Source: the human T2T-CHM13v2.0 reference genome, Homo sapiens. From it: DNA of 64,000 bases. Of this stretch, positions 30,547 through 50,005 are shown piece by piece. The stretch's first letter is position 1; each line of letters starts with the position of its first letter. The notes under the pieces were generated by a model, which saw only the letters and a program-made list of their open reading frames with translations, searched no databases and was not told where the DNA came from. The position numbers and the translations under genes were made by a program. The stretch is from NCBI RefSeq assembly GCF_009914755.1, contig NC_060932.1; one strand, given 5' to 3'.

Positions 30547-32387
30547 TCACCAACCTTCACTCCAAATGATGTGGAGCTGATTTCAAAAGTGAAATCTACT
30601 CTAAAATGACAGAGTATGACCACTGAGAACAGGTGAGAGAATGTACCTCTGACACTGCCATCTACAGCAAATGTCACCTTGGAAGAAGCATCCAGGGTGC
30701 CAAGCTGATGTTGTAAAGGGGGATAGTACTCATTTAGATATTCCAAATTCTGGCATTTTATTTTTCAGTCAGGCTCCTCCCCTTCACCTGTAAAATGATC
30801 TGCAAACTATGATCCCATCTCTGAAAGAAAAACAATGCTCTATAGGGATTCAATAAGAAGGAGATGTAAAAAGGTTTTGTCCCTGAAGAGCAAAGCATCA
30901 TTTGTTCATCATTCATGTATTCACTCGACTCCCATTTACAAAGCCTTGACTCTAAGTAAGGGTTGCTCTGGGAGCTGAAGATACACAGAAGCATGAGGCT
31001 GAGTTCCTGCCCTCTCTAAGTGTTCGTAGGCTGGGAAGAAACACAGATAATTTCCACACTCTTTCACTGTTTCAGTGCTTTCAAGGATGCATGCACACAG
31101 GAGCCCGGAAGCAGAAAGGTGGGGAGCTGAGCCTGAATGGGAGTCTGTTGAAGGTGGTGGGGAGAACAGGGTGGACTTTTGAGAGTAGAGAAAACACTAT
31201 GTAAATATCAGCTCTAATTGCCTTTAAGGCAGATCACACTCCAACATCCTCATCTCAGGCTAAAATCTCTACTCCAGAATGGTTACATATAGGTTTTCCG
31301 AAGTCTAACAGAGTGAAATCTGATGATACATGCAAACAGCTACATAATTAATAAAATGTAAGTTATCATTCTATTTCCTCTGCAACAATGTAAGTCAACA
31401 TTCTATTTTCTCTGCAACAATGTAAGACATCCTTGCAACCCCCCTGGAAACAAAAACTAAAAACTAAAAATAAATAAAGAATAAAGACATCCCAAGTTTT
31501 TGCCAATGTAGAAATGAAGATGAACAATGTTTGCCTCTCCCTGGGTCAGATTATCTGCTGAGTTAGACTCTCCTCTACTAGCCCAGGTGCTTTGCTTGTA
31601 CTGTGGGGCAGAAGGAGGGGGAGGTGGAGCATTGTTTCTGCCTTCCAATCATACTTCCTAATGGGGAACTGCCAATTAGCCTGATTCTCAGCCTTGGCCC
31701 ACCTCCTTCTCCTTCTGAGGTAGCAGCACTCACTGCCCCAGGTCTTAGTCTAGAGTCAATCCCACAAGTAACCCAGGCCCACATCTATGAGATCTCAGTC
31801 ATTTCGCAGTTAGCCCAGCACCCGCCTTGTCCTTGTTCATCAGATGCCTGCACTTGCAAATTATTCTCTCAAGCTAACCACCAACTCATAACAAACTTAA
31901 CGTATAACCACACCAAGACACAGGCATTATATTGTTCATTTTACAAATACGAAAATTGAGGTCCAGAAAAAAATAACTATCCAAGATCCCATAGTCAGAA
32001 AACCATGGAGTCAGGATTTGAATCCAGGTCTATCTCATTGCAAAGGCTCTGCTTCCTCTTCTACTTCTTCTGGCCTCCCAGTAACTCACTCTGTGACTCC
32101 CAAATGAGTTACTTCACCTCCCTGAGCCCTATTTTCCTCATCTACAAAAGAAAATATCCACACCAACATCTGTTAAATTATTCATTCATTGTGTGCTCAT
32201 GTCTACAAGTTCATAGGTATGGACCAAAAAAGTGAGGACAGGGAGATTTTACAGTCAAGTACATTCGAAGAAACTGATTTCAACAAAGGTTAGTATATTT
32301 GTTTCCTTCAAGACTTCAAGACTTCTCAGAGCCTTTAACATAATGATACGTTTTAGAAATTTTGAGAAGGGATATATATATATATAT

Positions 32388-32974
<587 letters not shown>

Positions 32975-34121
32975 TAGGGAAGCTAAATCTATGATGTTTC
33001 CTCATGGCCTCCATTGAAGATGCAGAATCTGTTAAGCCAATTAATAGTTAATAGCTAATTGATTCTGTAGCTAGCACAAACAGGCTGCCTTTCCATTTCT
33101 TCAGTGGTGGACACAGTGAAATCCAAGGCAGAGCTGCTTGCACAGGCCCTTTTCCTACCTAGACAACTGTCGCTGGCTTCATGCCACTGTTTACACATGG
33201 TCATTTCTTTCTCTCTAAGCACTTAGACTTGGATTCGTTTTCATAAACTTAAAGCTGCTATTTGGGGATTTGTTTTTGTAACTCTAATTTGACTTAGTTC
33301 ACAGTGGAATACTCTTCACTGCATCTTTCTAAATGGAGAACTGCCCATTTCTTTGGATTCAGCCCAAGTACAGTGCTATCTAGATGGAGGGGGCTGGGCT
33401 GAAACTTTTTAAAAGGGCTCTTCTAAGCCCAGGATTCTGTAATTCCCAGTTTTTCATCCTACTCTTCGTGTTTTTCCAGCACCTTCAGAAACTTAGAAAA
33501 TTTAAAAGAGAGAGCTAGAAAAAGAGGAAAATGAAAAGGAAAAGAAGGAAAGAAAGTTCTGGCTTTCCTACCTGCCTATTGCTTGAAACTTCCTGGCCCC
33601 TTTATTAAAAAGTAATAAGTGAAGCTGTTAAATCCAGGGTACCCCTAGCAACAAGATGAGAACCACTGTTTTCATTGTTAGGAGGCTAGATTCTATTCAA
33701 CTTGCCCTTAGCTTTTTAAAACATAATGGATAAGCCACAGCAATTTTATCTGTTTCCCCAACTATAAAATGGGATAATAATCTCTCTAACCTTTTTCTTC
33801 CATCCTGGAATTGTCCCCAAGATGAAATTTGATCCTGTAAACTTGCTTCAGTGAAAGGCACTACACAAACAAAAGTGGTAATTATAGAGTTGCTTGGTAA
33901 AGCAGCTTTGCATTGTAAGCATGTGAACCCACCCCAAATATCATATTGGATTTTGCTCCTTTGTTGAACACCATATAATAGATGAAGTTCCCCCTTTCCC
34001 ACTGAGAGGATGCAGGGCTTCTTGGAAAAAAGGCTGATGTCAGGTCTGGAGCACCCTCTCACAAGAAGATGGCAAGGAAATTAACAAAGACTATAAGAGT
34101 TGTTTCAAAAAAATCAAGAGA

Positions 34122-34761
<640 letters not shown>

Positions 34762-34869
34762 AAGGATAACTCCAATAAGCTCCCATTGTTCAAAATTGGA
34801 AAAATTCAAGCTTCAAAAAGAATAATAACTAAAATGGTGGAAAATATACACGTTTAAATTTGCCAGTTT

Positions 34870-35156
34870 GGCCGAGTGCAGTGGCTTATGCCTGTAATCC
34901 CAGCATTTTGGGAGGCCAAGGCGGGCAGATCACTTGAGGTCAGTTCAAGACTAGCCTGGCCATCATAGTGAAACCCCATCTCTACTAAAAATACAAAAAA
35001 AATTAGCTGGGCATGGTGGCCTGTGCCTGTAATCCAGGCTGCTCAGGAGGCTGAAGCAAGAGAATCACTTGAACCCAGAAGGTGAGATGCAGTGCGCCAG
35101 CCTGGGTGACAGAGCAAGACTCCGTCTAACAAAATAAAAATAAATAAATAAATAAA
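34870..35156 (+). mobile_element. AluS
   Basis: TSD AAATTTGCCAGTTT/AAATCTACCAGTTT. Confidence 0.9.
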
Positions 35157-35499
35157 TCTACCAGTTTATAATAATACTTTCAAAACCTAATTTGTGAGTA
35201 ATATATTCATTTTCATGATTGTAACGATGGTTTCACAGGCATATAGATTTGCCAAAACTCATCAATTTACACACAGTTTATGTCAGTGAGACCTCAATAA
35301 AGCTATATTAAATAATTTAATTGGTTACTGTTAGCTAACCAATTTATTGCTGATAGTAATAAGCCAACTCATTATTTTGAAAATTAGTAATAAAGGAAGA
35401 GAACTAAGCATTTTTCTTTCCAATTCAAAATGTACTTCAGAACAATCAAATAGTAAAGTTTCTCTTTATAGATATAATTCCATTAATAAGAAATGAAGT

Positions 35500-36215
35500 A
35501 ACCTCTAATAAATTAATGACTCTGAGTATAGATCATGAACAACTGCTTACAGCACAAAAACAGGCCATAAGACATCATCTGCCCCCAGTTAGAAGAAAAC
35601 ACCACCACCTATAAAGTTGTCTTGCCAAAGAAAACAAACCCCATTCTGATCAAGCCTCCAGATCTAGCTACCAATTTACATAAAACGCAGAGATGAGAGG
35701 AATCTGTTAAATTATACATGAGGATTCGATCAGAAAAACTCAGTGTGAGAGCTCCCCAGAACAAAAGACCCGACTCCACCAAATAACTTGCAAGAGAGAG
35801 ACAGAACCTATAAGTTTAAAGAGATGTAAAAGACGTATCAACCAAGCACAATATGTGAGCTATATTTAGATCTTGATTCAGAAACACAAAAATTTTAAAT
35901 CTATGATATTTATAGAACAATTGGAAATTTAAGAATGGATTCACTACTTGCCATTAGGAAATTATTGTTTATTGTTTATGGTGTGATACTGCTATCATGT
36001 TTTTTAAAAAAGATTCCTTATATTTTAGACATATTGAAATATTTATGGATGAAAACATATGATATGCAATATTTACATCAAAATCATATGGGAGGGTAGA
36101 AGTGGGTAAAACAAGGTGGGCAATAAGTTGATAGGTGGATGGCAGGTACATTGATGTTCATTATGCTGTTCTCCCTACTTCTGTATGTGTTTAAAATATT
36201 CCATAATAAAAACTG
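35500..36215 (+). mobile_element. Old L1MC/ME 3' UTR
   Basis: CTGATCAAGCCTCCAGATCTA..GAAATATTTATGGATGAAA..TTCCATAATAAAA. Confidence 0.65.
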
Positions 36216-36801
36216 TCTTTAAGAAATAATAATCCACCCTCTTGGCAAGTTAGCCAACTCTCTTATACTTCTATCCAGCAGAGAAATTGATCCAGTAGCA
36301 GCAAACCCCTGGGGCTGTTCATGTCTATTAGTAGTTAGAAAATTCTTTGAGGTTTAAAGATGAAAGATATCATATAATTGTAAGGGATTATTTCTTTATT
36401 AAACTCAATAAATGACACAGTAAATTTGGAAATCCAGATCTGATCACCACCTAACTCAAAATTTGGGTCATGTGAAGGATGAGCCTCCTGAGAAATGTCC
36501 ACAAAGGACCAATGATCAAAGGGTGATTCAATGACATCCTTTCCTATATAAGACACCCCCTTAGATAGAGCAAATCGGAGGCAAAATTATAGAGAAAATT
36601 AAGTTCACCTCAGTGCCCCACTCCATCTTCATTTTCAAGACACTTATTCTGCCTCTCCTATTCCCTCCTCTAGGCTCCTGATAAAACTCATGCTAGACCT
36701 GAACAACCAAAATTGCTCTTCCACTCAAGACTTCATTCATTCATTCATTTATTCATCCATGCTACTCAACAAACATTAAATGAGTGCCTACTCTGTGCTG
36801 G

Positions 36802-37193
36802 TGATATGGTTTGGATTTGTATCCCCGCCCAAATCTCATGTTGAATTGTAATCCCCTATGCTGGAGAAGGCACCTGGTGGGAGGTGACTGGATCATGGGC
36901 ATGGTTTTTCCCCTTGCTGTTCTATGATAGTGAGTGAGTTCTCACAAGATCTGGTTGTTTAAAAGTGTGTAGCACCTCCCCACTCTCTTGCGTCCTCCTG
37001 CTTCGGCCATGTGAGACGTGCCTGCTTCCCCTTCACCTTCCACCATGATTGTAAGTTTCCTGAGGCCTCCCCAGCCATGCTTCCTGTGCAGCCTGTGGAA
37101 CTGTGAGCCAATTAAACCTCTTTTCTTTATAAATTACCCAGTCTCAGGTTTTTCTTTATAGCAGTGATAGTGGTGCAAAAATGGACTAGTATA
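36802..37193 (+). mobile_element. MSTA solo LTR inserted in an L2
   Basis: TGATATGGTTTGGAT...GGACTAGTATA; perfect TSD GCTGG. Confidence 0.9.
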
Positions 37194-37546
37194 GCTGGGA
37201 ATACAGATACAAATAAAGTCCATCCCAGAAGAGCTTGTAGGCAATCAGGGCAGCAAGACATTTAAATGAATAATTACAGCACAACCACATGAGCTACAGA
37301 TAGCATGCGGCGGGACCAGAACAGAGTTGTTACTAACTCTTTCTGGGAGGATCTAGGAAAGTCTTACAAAGGCAGTGTCATTTAATCTGTCTGCAGAAAG
37401 TTGAATGGGTATAGCCAGAGGAAAAGGACACTCAAGGCAAAGAAGTAGCATAACCAAAGTCATGAGAGAGCCTAGACACAACTTACTGGTTGATGGAGAA
37501 GGTGAGTTTGCAGGGTTGGGGGAGCCAGATCTTGAAGAGCCCTGTG

Positions 37547-37784
37547 CACTGCACAGTGACCTTGAACTTGATCCTGGGAACCCAGGATGTTTTCTAAGGA
37601 GAGAAATGCCTCCTTCAGAGCTGTGACACTGCAGTGACCTTGAACTTGATCCTGGGAACCCCAGGATGCTTTCTAAGGAGAGAAATGCCTCCTTCAGAGC
37701 TGTGACACTGCAGTGACCTTGAACTTGATCCTGGGAACCCCAGGATGCTTTCCAAGGAGAGAAATGCCTCCTTCAGAGCTGTGC
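37547..37784. repeat. 78-79-bp tandem repeat, 3 copies
   Basis: CAGTGACCTTGAACTTGATCCTGGGAACC(C)CAGGATG..CAGAGCTGTG recurs at 37554, 37632 and 37711. Confidence 0.95.
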
Positions 37785-39424
37785 CCATGTACTTGTTTGT
37801 GGGTCATGTTAAACTACAAACTCTTTGCATGGACCTGTTCTGTCTTGTAAACCCAGTTCCCATCACAGATTTAGACCTTTTGCAAGGGTCAGACTTAAAG
37901 TCTGTAATTTCCTTTTTCTTTTTTTTAAGACACAACTATAAACAATGCTTTGGAAAGAAGCCCAAGGAAGGAAAAAAAAATAAAAGAGGACTCTTTCCTT
38001 TAAGATAAGTCTAGTTTGGCAACATGAGTTAGTCTAACCTTTATTCTCACTCAAAATTCTGGGATGTGCCCCTTCATAAGTATCCTTTGAGAAAAACTGA
38101 AAAAGGAGTTACAGGTCAGGAGTCACATCCTGGACACAGAAATTAAGATTCTTGTACAAAGGAGAGGAGGAAAATGTAAGCTCCAAGTCCTCCAAAAAGA
38201 GGGTAAAGAGAGCTCACCTTAACAGCAGAAGGATCTGCATCCTCCTTATGGGATTTGATCAGGAGAGGAGGGTCACTGGTGCTGAGCAGAGAGTACTTCC
38301 CCAAGAAGCCTCCTTCCCAGCTCTTGGGAATTTGTTCTAAGCTGCTAACAAAGGGGGCTGTACATCTGAAAGGTCAAGACTACCCCTGGGAGTTTGAAAA
38401 TAACCATGCACCCTAAGGGAGCTGAGGGGCTAGACTGCCCACAGCTGGCAGGAAGGAAGTCCCAGGTGGAGGGGAGCTTCCGTTGCTTGGGTAGAAAGAC
38501 TGCTGACCCTCAGGAAGTGGGTTTTCAGGGTCCAAAGAGCAGCCATGACTTGAGGTGTATTGGGCCCCAAGGGAAGGCCAGAGACATCCAGCCTTCTATG
38601 CGGGCCTTTGGGGGTCTCCCTTGGAGACGGCTATGGAGCCTCCTGAGGAGAAGAGGCCTTTTCTAGGGTTCAGGAGGTGGATGCAAAACTTGTGAAGTCC
38701 CAGCAAAATCAGCTGGAAATTCCACCCCAGGGACTGGATTTCCTGCTCTGAATCACAGCTTCCCAGTAGAAGTTTTCTTAGATGTCTCTAAAGCTAATTC
38801 TCGGCTGGAGTTTGGACATATTAATGCCAGCTCAGACCTGTTGGACTACTGATGCTTTTTATCCCTCTGATAATACAATCCTGTCTTGCCCACTCTTCCT
38901 CCAACAGAGTGTTCTACCCCTGGATTTATCGCCACTGTCCAGCCTTAGCATTTGAAGCTGCATTAAACAGAGATAACATGATCTTGGGTACAAGCCATAC
39001 ATGTGACAACTTCTGTTTCTCTAAAATTACCCGCTTAGGTCCTTTGGCACAACTTGATTTCTATTTCCTGCCTTTATTATTCTCCTTCCTATTCATAGAC
39101 ATTTTGGAAATATGTGTGACTGTATTACTTTATTAGCAGTTACTGGCCATGGATAATTAATTTTTTTCTATTGTTCCATCATTGATAGCCATCATCTACT
39201 ACCACTACAGCTTACTTACCAATTGCTGGGGTAGACACTAATGTGTGCATGACCAACTTGAACATTTTTATTGGTTGAATCTACTTCTGGTACAACTACT
39301 CTAAATATCAATCAGTGATGTATTGACAACTGGGCATGATAATCACTCACAAGTTAAAGTTGTGATGCACAAAGTTTGCATTTTACATTGCATCTAACAG
39401 CGTCTTTAAAATTCTTTTATACTC

Positions 39425-40410
39425 TCTGATCTTCAACAAAGCTGACAAAAACAAGCAATGGGGAAAGAACTCCCTATTCAATAAATGGTGCTGGGATAAC
39501 TCTCTAGCCATATGCAGAAGATTGAAGCTGGACCCCTTCTTTATACCGTATACAAAAATTAACTCAAGATGGATTAAAGATTGAAATATAAAACCCAAAA
39601 CTATAAAAACCCTGGGAGATAAGCGAGGCAATACCATTCTGGACATAGGAACACGCAAAGATTTCATGATGAAAATGCCAAAAGCAAATGCAACAAAAGC
39701 AAAAATTGACAAACGGGATCTAATTAAACTAAAGAGCAACACATTGTTGGTGGGAGAGTAATTTAGTTCAACTATTGTGGACAATATAGTGGACAATATA
39801 TTGTGGACAATATAGTGTGACAATTCCTCAAAGACCTAAAAACAGAAATACCATTTGACCCAGCAGTCCCATTACTGGGTGTATACCCAAAGGAATATAA
39901 ATAGTTCTATCATAAAGACACATACATGCGTACGTTCACTGCAGCACAATAGCAAAGACATGGAATCAATCTAAATGCCCATCAACAGTAGATTGGATAA
40001 AGAAAATGTGGTACATATACACCATGGATGTATTTTGGCATGTATACATCATGGATGCACCACTATTCAGCCATAAAAAAGCAAGTTCATGTGTTTTGCA
40101 GGAACATGGATGGAGCTGGAGGCCATTATCCTTAGCAAACTAATGCAGGAGCAGAAAACCACGTACCGCATGTTCTCACTTATAAGTGGGAGCTAAATGA
40201 TGAGAACACATGGACACATAGAGGGGACAAACAGACAGTTGGGCCTATGAGAGGGTGAAGGATTCGAGGAGGGAGAGGATTAAGAAAAATAATGAGTACT
40301 AGGCTTAATACCTGATAATCTGTACAATAAACCCCCATGACACAAGTTTACCTATATAACAAACCAGCACATGTACTCTGAACTTAAAATAAAAGTTAAA
40401 GAAGAAAATG
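39425..40410 (+). mobile_element. 5'-truncated L1 (L1PB/old L1PA) 3' ORF2 and UTR
   Basis: CTGATCTTCAACAAAGCTGACAAAAACAAGCAATGGGG..AATAAATGGTGCTGGG..GAACTTAAAATAAAAG. Confidence 0.92.
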
Positions 40411-40735
40411 TACAATAAATTATAGTTAACCATAAAAAAGCTGACTCTTTCTCATTAAAGTTTCCATCAAGAAAAAATTAAAAAATTTCAAAATAATATC
40501 TGTTGTAAACATATTGGAATGTCATATTTCTAAGATTTTTAAAATTTGTGATAAAACAAACTCAAAAGTTGCTTTTTAATGGATGGGAATTGAACAAATA
40601 TCTCATGTTTGCAAGGAAATGTTTTCTTTTTTTTCTGTGATTGGTCTACATTAGAAATACACAGGACTCAGGGATCTGGAATTAAGTGTTTAGGTTGCTT
40701 CAGTGCACAGCAACCTTTGAAAAGTGTTTTTGAAG

Positions 40736-41043
40736 GGCCGGGCGCAGTGGCTCACACCTGTAATCCCAGCACTTTGGGAGGCTGAGGTGGGTAGATCACG
40801 AAGTAGGGAGTTCGAGACCAACCTGGCCAACATAGTGAAACCCCATCTCTACTAAAAATACAAAAATTAGCTGGGTGTGGTGGCACACGCCTGTAGTCCC
40901 AGCTACTCAGGAGGCTGAGGCAGGAGAGTCACTTGAACCAGGAGGCAGAGGTTGTGGTGAGCCGAGATTGTGCCACTGCACTCCAGCCTGGTGAAAGAGT
41001 GAGACTCCATCTCAAACAAAAAAAAAAAAGAAAGAAAAGAAAA
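40736..41043 (+). mobile_element. AluS
   Basis: TSD GAAAAGTGTTYTTGAA. Confidence 0.92.
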
Positions 41044-41183
41044 GTGTTCTTGAAATAGTACTTAGAGGCTCTGGAAGAAAAGGGAACACACTACTCTCTG
41101 AGCACAACACACAAAGTGTATGTGGGAGTGGGGGTAGCCCAGAGAGTTGAGATAATTATCCACAAAGAATTTTGACTGAGAGC

Positions 41184-42061
<878 letters not shown>

Positions 42062-42177
42062 ATAGCCCAGATATATATCAGCCCCTCAATATTTCCAAGT
42101 CTTCTACCTTGCTAGAGTTTTCTTGCGCTTCATAATACAATTTTTTAAATCAGCTCAAACACTCATCCTAGATATGG

Positions 42178-44794
<2,617 letters not shown>

Positions 44795-45124
44795 TATATT
44801 GTAAAACCAAGTGCCCATCCCAACATCTGCAGGGATTCTTGGAGTGGGAATGGGAGGTGATGAGGCGGCCTGAAGTTTCTCCTAGTCACTTGCGGCTTAC
44901 AGGGCTTAGAAGCAGGAGCTCTGCTTTGCATGTTGCCTTCTCTGTGCTGTCCTCTTCTGCACCATCTCATCCAACTCATCACTGCCTCCAGGCCATCAGT
45001 CCTCAAGGTACCACCAACTCACGGCTGTGTGAAGGACACGCCAGAGGAACATGAAGTGTGGTGGGCTCAGTGTTTTATGGGATGCCACAAATAGTCTAAA
45101 ATTGAACATTAATCTCTTCAGTTC

Positions 45125-45258
45125 TTTTCTATTGTTTTGAGGCAGGGTCTCTCTCTGTCACCCAAGCTGGAGTGCAGGAGTCCGATCGTAGCTCACTGCA
45201 GCCTCCAACTCTGAGCTCAAGCGATCTTCCCACCTAAACCTCCCAAGTAGCTGGGACT
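45125..45258 (-). mobile_element. 5'-truncated Alu right arm
   Basis: TSD TAATCTCTTCAGTTCTT on both sides. Confidence 0.88.
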
Positions 45259-45325
45259 AATCTCTTCAGTTCTTAATGCTGTCTTAGACATTCCTACTAC
45301 TGAGGAACTGTCCCTTGCAACCCTC

Positions 45326-45687
45326 TGCTATGGTCTGAATGTTTGTCGACCTCAAAATTCACATATTAAAACCTAACGCACAAGGTGACAGTATTAGGAG
45401 GTGGGGCCTTTGGGAAGTGACTAGGTCATGAGGGTGGAGCCTTTTGATTGGATTGTGCCTTTATCCCTGGATATGAGAGTTCCCTTGTGCCTTTTGCCCC
45501 TTCCACCATGTCAGGACACCACAAGAAGGCGCCACCGATGAGGAATAAGCCCTCACCAGACACTGAATATGATGGCACCTTGATTTTGGACTTTCCAAGC
45601 TCCAGAACTGTGACTGATAAATTTCTGCTGTTCACAAGTTGCCCAGTCTAAAGTGTTTTGTTATGGCAGCCCGAATGGACTAAGCAC
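45326..45687 (+). mobile_element. MLT1A0-like solo LTR
   Basis: TGCTATGGTCTGAATGTTTG...GAATGGACTAAGCA. Confidence 0.88.
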
Positions 45688-46137
45688 CGTCTTGGTCAGT
45701 CTCTAGTTTCAAAGCCCCAATGCCCCACATTGGACCCAATGACACAGAGCCCAGATCACCTTAAAGAAAGGGCCTATTGTCCCCACTGTGAGAATGGTGA
45801 GTAGACAACCTCCACCTGTCATCCTTTCCATGGTCTGCCTCAGTTGCAGTACCACTTCACCCAAGGTCACACCCAAGGTCATCACATGAGGTGGCTCACG
45901 TCGAGTGACTGATAAAAGAGGACATATGAAGGCCCAGCCATTTCAGCCCAAGTGGGGACAACTCTAACAGGCCATTTCAGCCCTAGATGGCCCCATAGGG
46001 TCTCCTGAGGTTGTGAGGCCTGCAACAAGGCTCAGCCTCTTTTCTCCTATAATCTTGATCCCAAGGGCCCTCTTTAACAGACATCCTGGTCATTAAACTC
46101 TGTCTTAGGATATAACTCCTAGAAAACCCAAACTACA

Positions 46138-47054
<917 letters not shown>

Positions 47055-48129
47055 TCCTCTTTTCCCTAGAGTCCGTCCAGAGTTTTCTCACTCCTCAAAC
47101 CCAAAATTCTGTTCATTTCCTTGCAGAGCCAATTAACGGAGTCTGACTCACACCTCGCCCTGGCCACACAGGCCCTCAGTTCTAATTTTTCAGGTTCAAG
47201 CTGGTCCCTTGGGATCTTTGTTAAGCAGATCATTCTGTACCCTAAGAATTCCAAACTTGGATGTTAAAGCAGTGATATTTTGGCTCTCCTAACTTGAGGA
47301 GGAGGAAAGTGAAATAGGAGTGTCTCCATGTGACTTCCAGGCCTCCCACACCCTGTCTGAACATCAGCCTCTATTTCATCTCAGTTCCTGGTTATACCCA
47401 GTCCCTGCCTTCTCAGCCAGCCAGCCCTCTCTTCTCACCTCACTCCCCACACACCTTGTTTGCTCCCTGTTTGCATATGAATCTTGACACCTGCTCCTCT
47501 CCCTCTGCATCTGCCTCTCCCAGCCTTCCCACTCCAGAGCTGAGCTGACTCCTCTGCCTTCTTGTAGCCTCAGTCTTGCCAAGCTGCAGAGCCCATCCCA
47601 ACTGAGAAAAAAAGGGCAAAAAGGACTTTCATGGCTGCAGCTCCTTAGCATGAAGAATTCTTCCTATTGCATGGATGTGTGATGTTTCAGGGTGAAGCTA
47701 GCCCCAGCTCACAGCTTTTGGGGCTGGTTTTTATCATACCTCTGAGTCCTGTAGATGAATCTTTGATCCTGATCCCTGTTTCCAGTTCTGCCTCTGCCCC
47801 AGCCCTGTTAGACAGGGCCAAGCCTTGTTTTTCCAGTCCCTCAGCCAGAGTGTGGGCTCCTGCTCTGCTTCCCGTAGGGAGAACTGATAGATCCCCCTTC
47901 ACTGCCTGCCTGCTGAATTCTCAAGCAGGGGCTAGTTCCTGCATTCCCCATAGCAGCACCCTCTGAGACAGCAAGCTCCCCTGGTAGCTTGCTTTGGACC
48001 TTTGCTCATGTCTAATTCACATTGCATACAGCTGTCCCTAGGCTGATGTCTTCAGACTCCTTAGCTAACCCTGTACCTCACCCTCCAAAGTGGGCCTCCA
48101 AGAAAGAATCACAAGTGAAGGTGGCTTCA

Positions 48130-48930
48130 TCCCCTTGCACACTATTGGTGGGAATGAAAACCGACGCAGCCATTATGGGAAGCAATATGAAAGTTTCTCA
48201 AAAATTTAAAAATAGAGCACCATAAGATCCAGCAATCCCAATAATGAGTATCTACCCAAAGGAAATGAAATCAGTATATCAAAGAGATACACGCACTCTT
48301 ATGTTGGCTGCAGCACTGTTCACAATAGCCAAGATGTGAAAGCTACCTAAGTGTCCATCAATGGATGGATGGGTAAAGAAAACGTGGTATATATACATTA
48401 TGGAGAACTGTTCAGCTTTAAAAAAGAAAGAAATCCTGTTATTTGTGACAATGTGGATGAACCTAGCGGGACATTGTGCTAAGTGAAATAAGCCAGGCTC
48501 AGAAACACAAATACTGCATGATCTCACTCATATGGGGAGTGTAAAAAAAAGTCAAACTCACAGAAGCAGAGAGTAGAGGGATGGTTACCAGGGGCTGGAG
48601 ACAGGGAAAATGGGGAGACGGGGAGATATTGGTCAAGGGGTGCAAAGTTTCAGTTATACAGGAAGAATAGGTTCTGGAGATCTAGGGTACTGATAATGAA
48701 TATAGTTGACAATATGGTAATGTATATTTGAAATTTGCTAGACAGGTAGATCTTAAGTGTTCTCAAGACCAAAAAAAAGAAAGAAAATGATAGCTATGTG
48801 TGATGGCAGATATATTAATTAGCTTGATTGTGGTGATTATTTCACAATGTGTGCATATATCAAATCATCACATTGTATACCTTAAATATACGTAATTTTT
48901 AATTTGTCAATTATACTTCAATAGTGCTAG
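48130..48930 (+). mobile_element. L1MA/MB 3' end
   Basis: GATCCAGCAATCCCA..TGCTAAGTGAAATAAGCCAG..GTAGATCTTAAGTGTTCTCA. Confidence 0.88.
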
Positions 48931-49394
48931 GAGAGAAGAGGAAGGAAACTCTTTCCTCTTCCTAAACTGCCTTCCTTCATTTTATTCAAAACCCACCTAT
49001 TTTTCCTCGACTGTTCCCACCCACAAAAATTTCTACTTCTCTCAATTCCTCTCATGCTTAAAAACACAACCACAGTTTAGGGTTTAGTACATAATTATAT
49101 CCTTCTTATATTTACTCACTGCCTTGTGTGTGTCATGTCTCACCAACTAATTTGTAAACTCATTAAGTGCAGAGGCGGCCTCTATACAATGCTGTGCTCA
49201 TATTAGGCTGACTCATTCATTCATTCATTCATCAGGTATTTCAGGAACTACCATGTCCGAGGCATCACTCTAGATACAGAGATACAGGAGCTAAGGCAGC
49301 AAAAATAAACAAAGTCCCTGCACTCATGGTAGGAAGACAGACAATCAAATAATTACATAAATCAATGGAAAATTACCTTACTCTAGGGGGCTGT

Positions 49395-50005
49395 CATGGG
49401 AAACAGGATGACAGTTCCTCAAAAAAGTAAAAATAGAATTGCTATATGATCCAGCAATCCCACTTCAAGGTAGATACCCAAAAGAATTGAGAACAGGGTC
49501 TCAAAGAGATATTTGCACGCCCATGTTCACAGCAGCATTATTCCCAATAGCTGAAAAGTGGAAGCAATCCAAGTGTCCATTGATGGAAGAATGGGTAAGC
49601 AAAGTCTGGTGTATCACGGAATATTTAGCTTTAAAAAGTAGGAAAATTCTGACCCATTCTACGACATGGATGGAACTTGAGGACATTATGTTTAGTAAAA
49701 TAAGCCACTCACAAAAACCCAAATACTGCAAGATTCCACTTACATGAGGTCCCTAGAGGACTCAAATTCATAGGGACAAAAAGTGGAACGGGGGTTGCCA
49801 GAGGCTGGAGGAAAGGGGAAATGGGAGTTGGTGTTTAACGGGTGCAGAGTGTCAGTTCTGCAGTAAGAAAGGAGGTCTGGAAATAGACGATGGTGATGGT
49901 TGCACAACAATGTGAATGTACTTACAACTGCTGAATTGTATACTTAAAAAAATGGTTATGATTGTAAACTCTAAGTTAAATGTATTTTACCACAATGAAA
50001 AATAA
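49395..50005 (+). mobile_element. L1MB 3' end
   Basis: ATATGATCCAGCAATCCCACTT..GATGGTTGCACAACAATGTGAATGTACTTA. Confidence 0.88.

Noticed and set aside
37547-37784. CRISPR-like appearance (palindromic repeats)
   Set aside because: No unique spacers, units are contiguous, eukaryotic context, no cas genes.
39383-39823. 146-aa ORF
   Set aside because: Antisense to an L1 ORF2 remnant.
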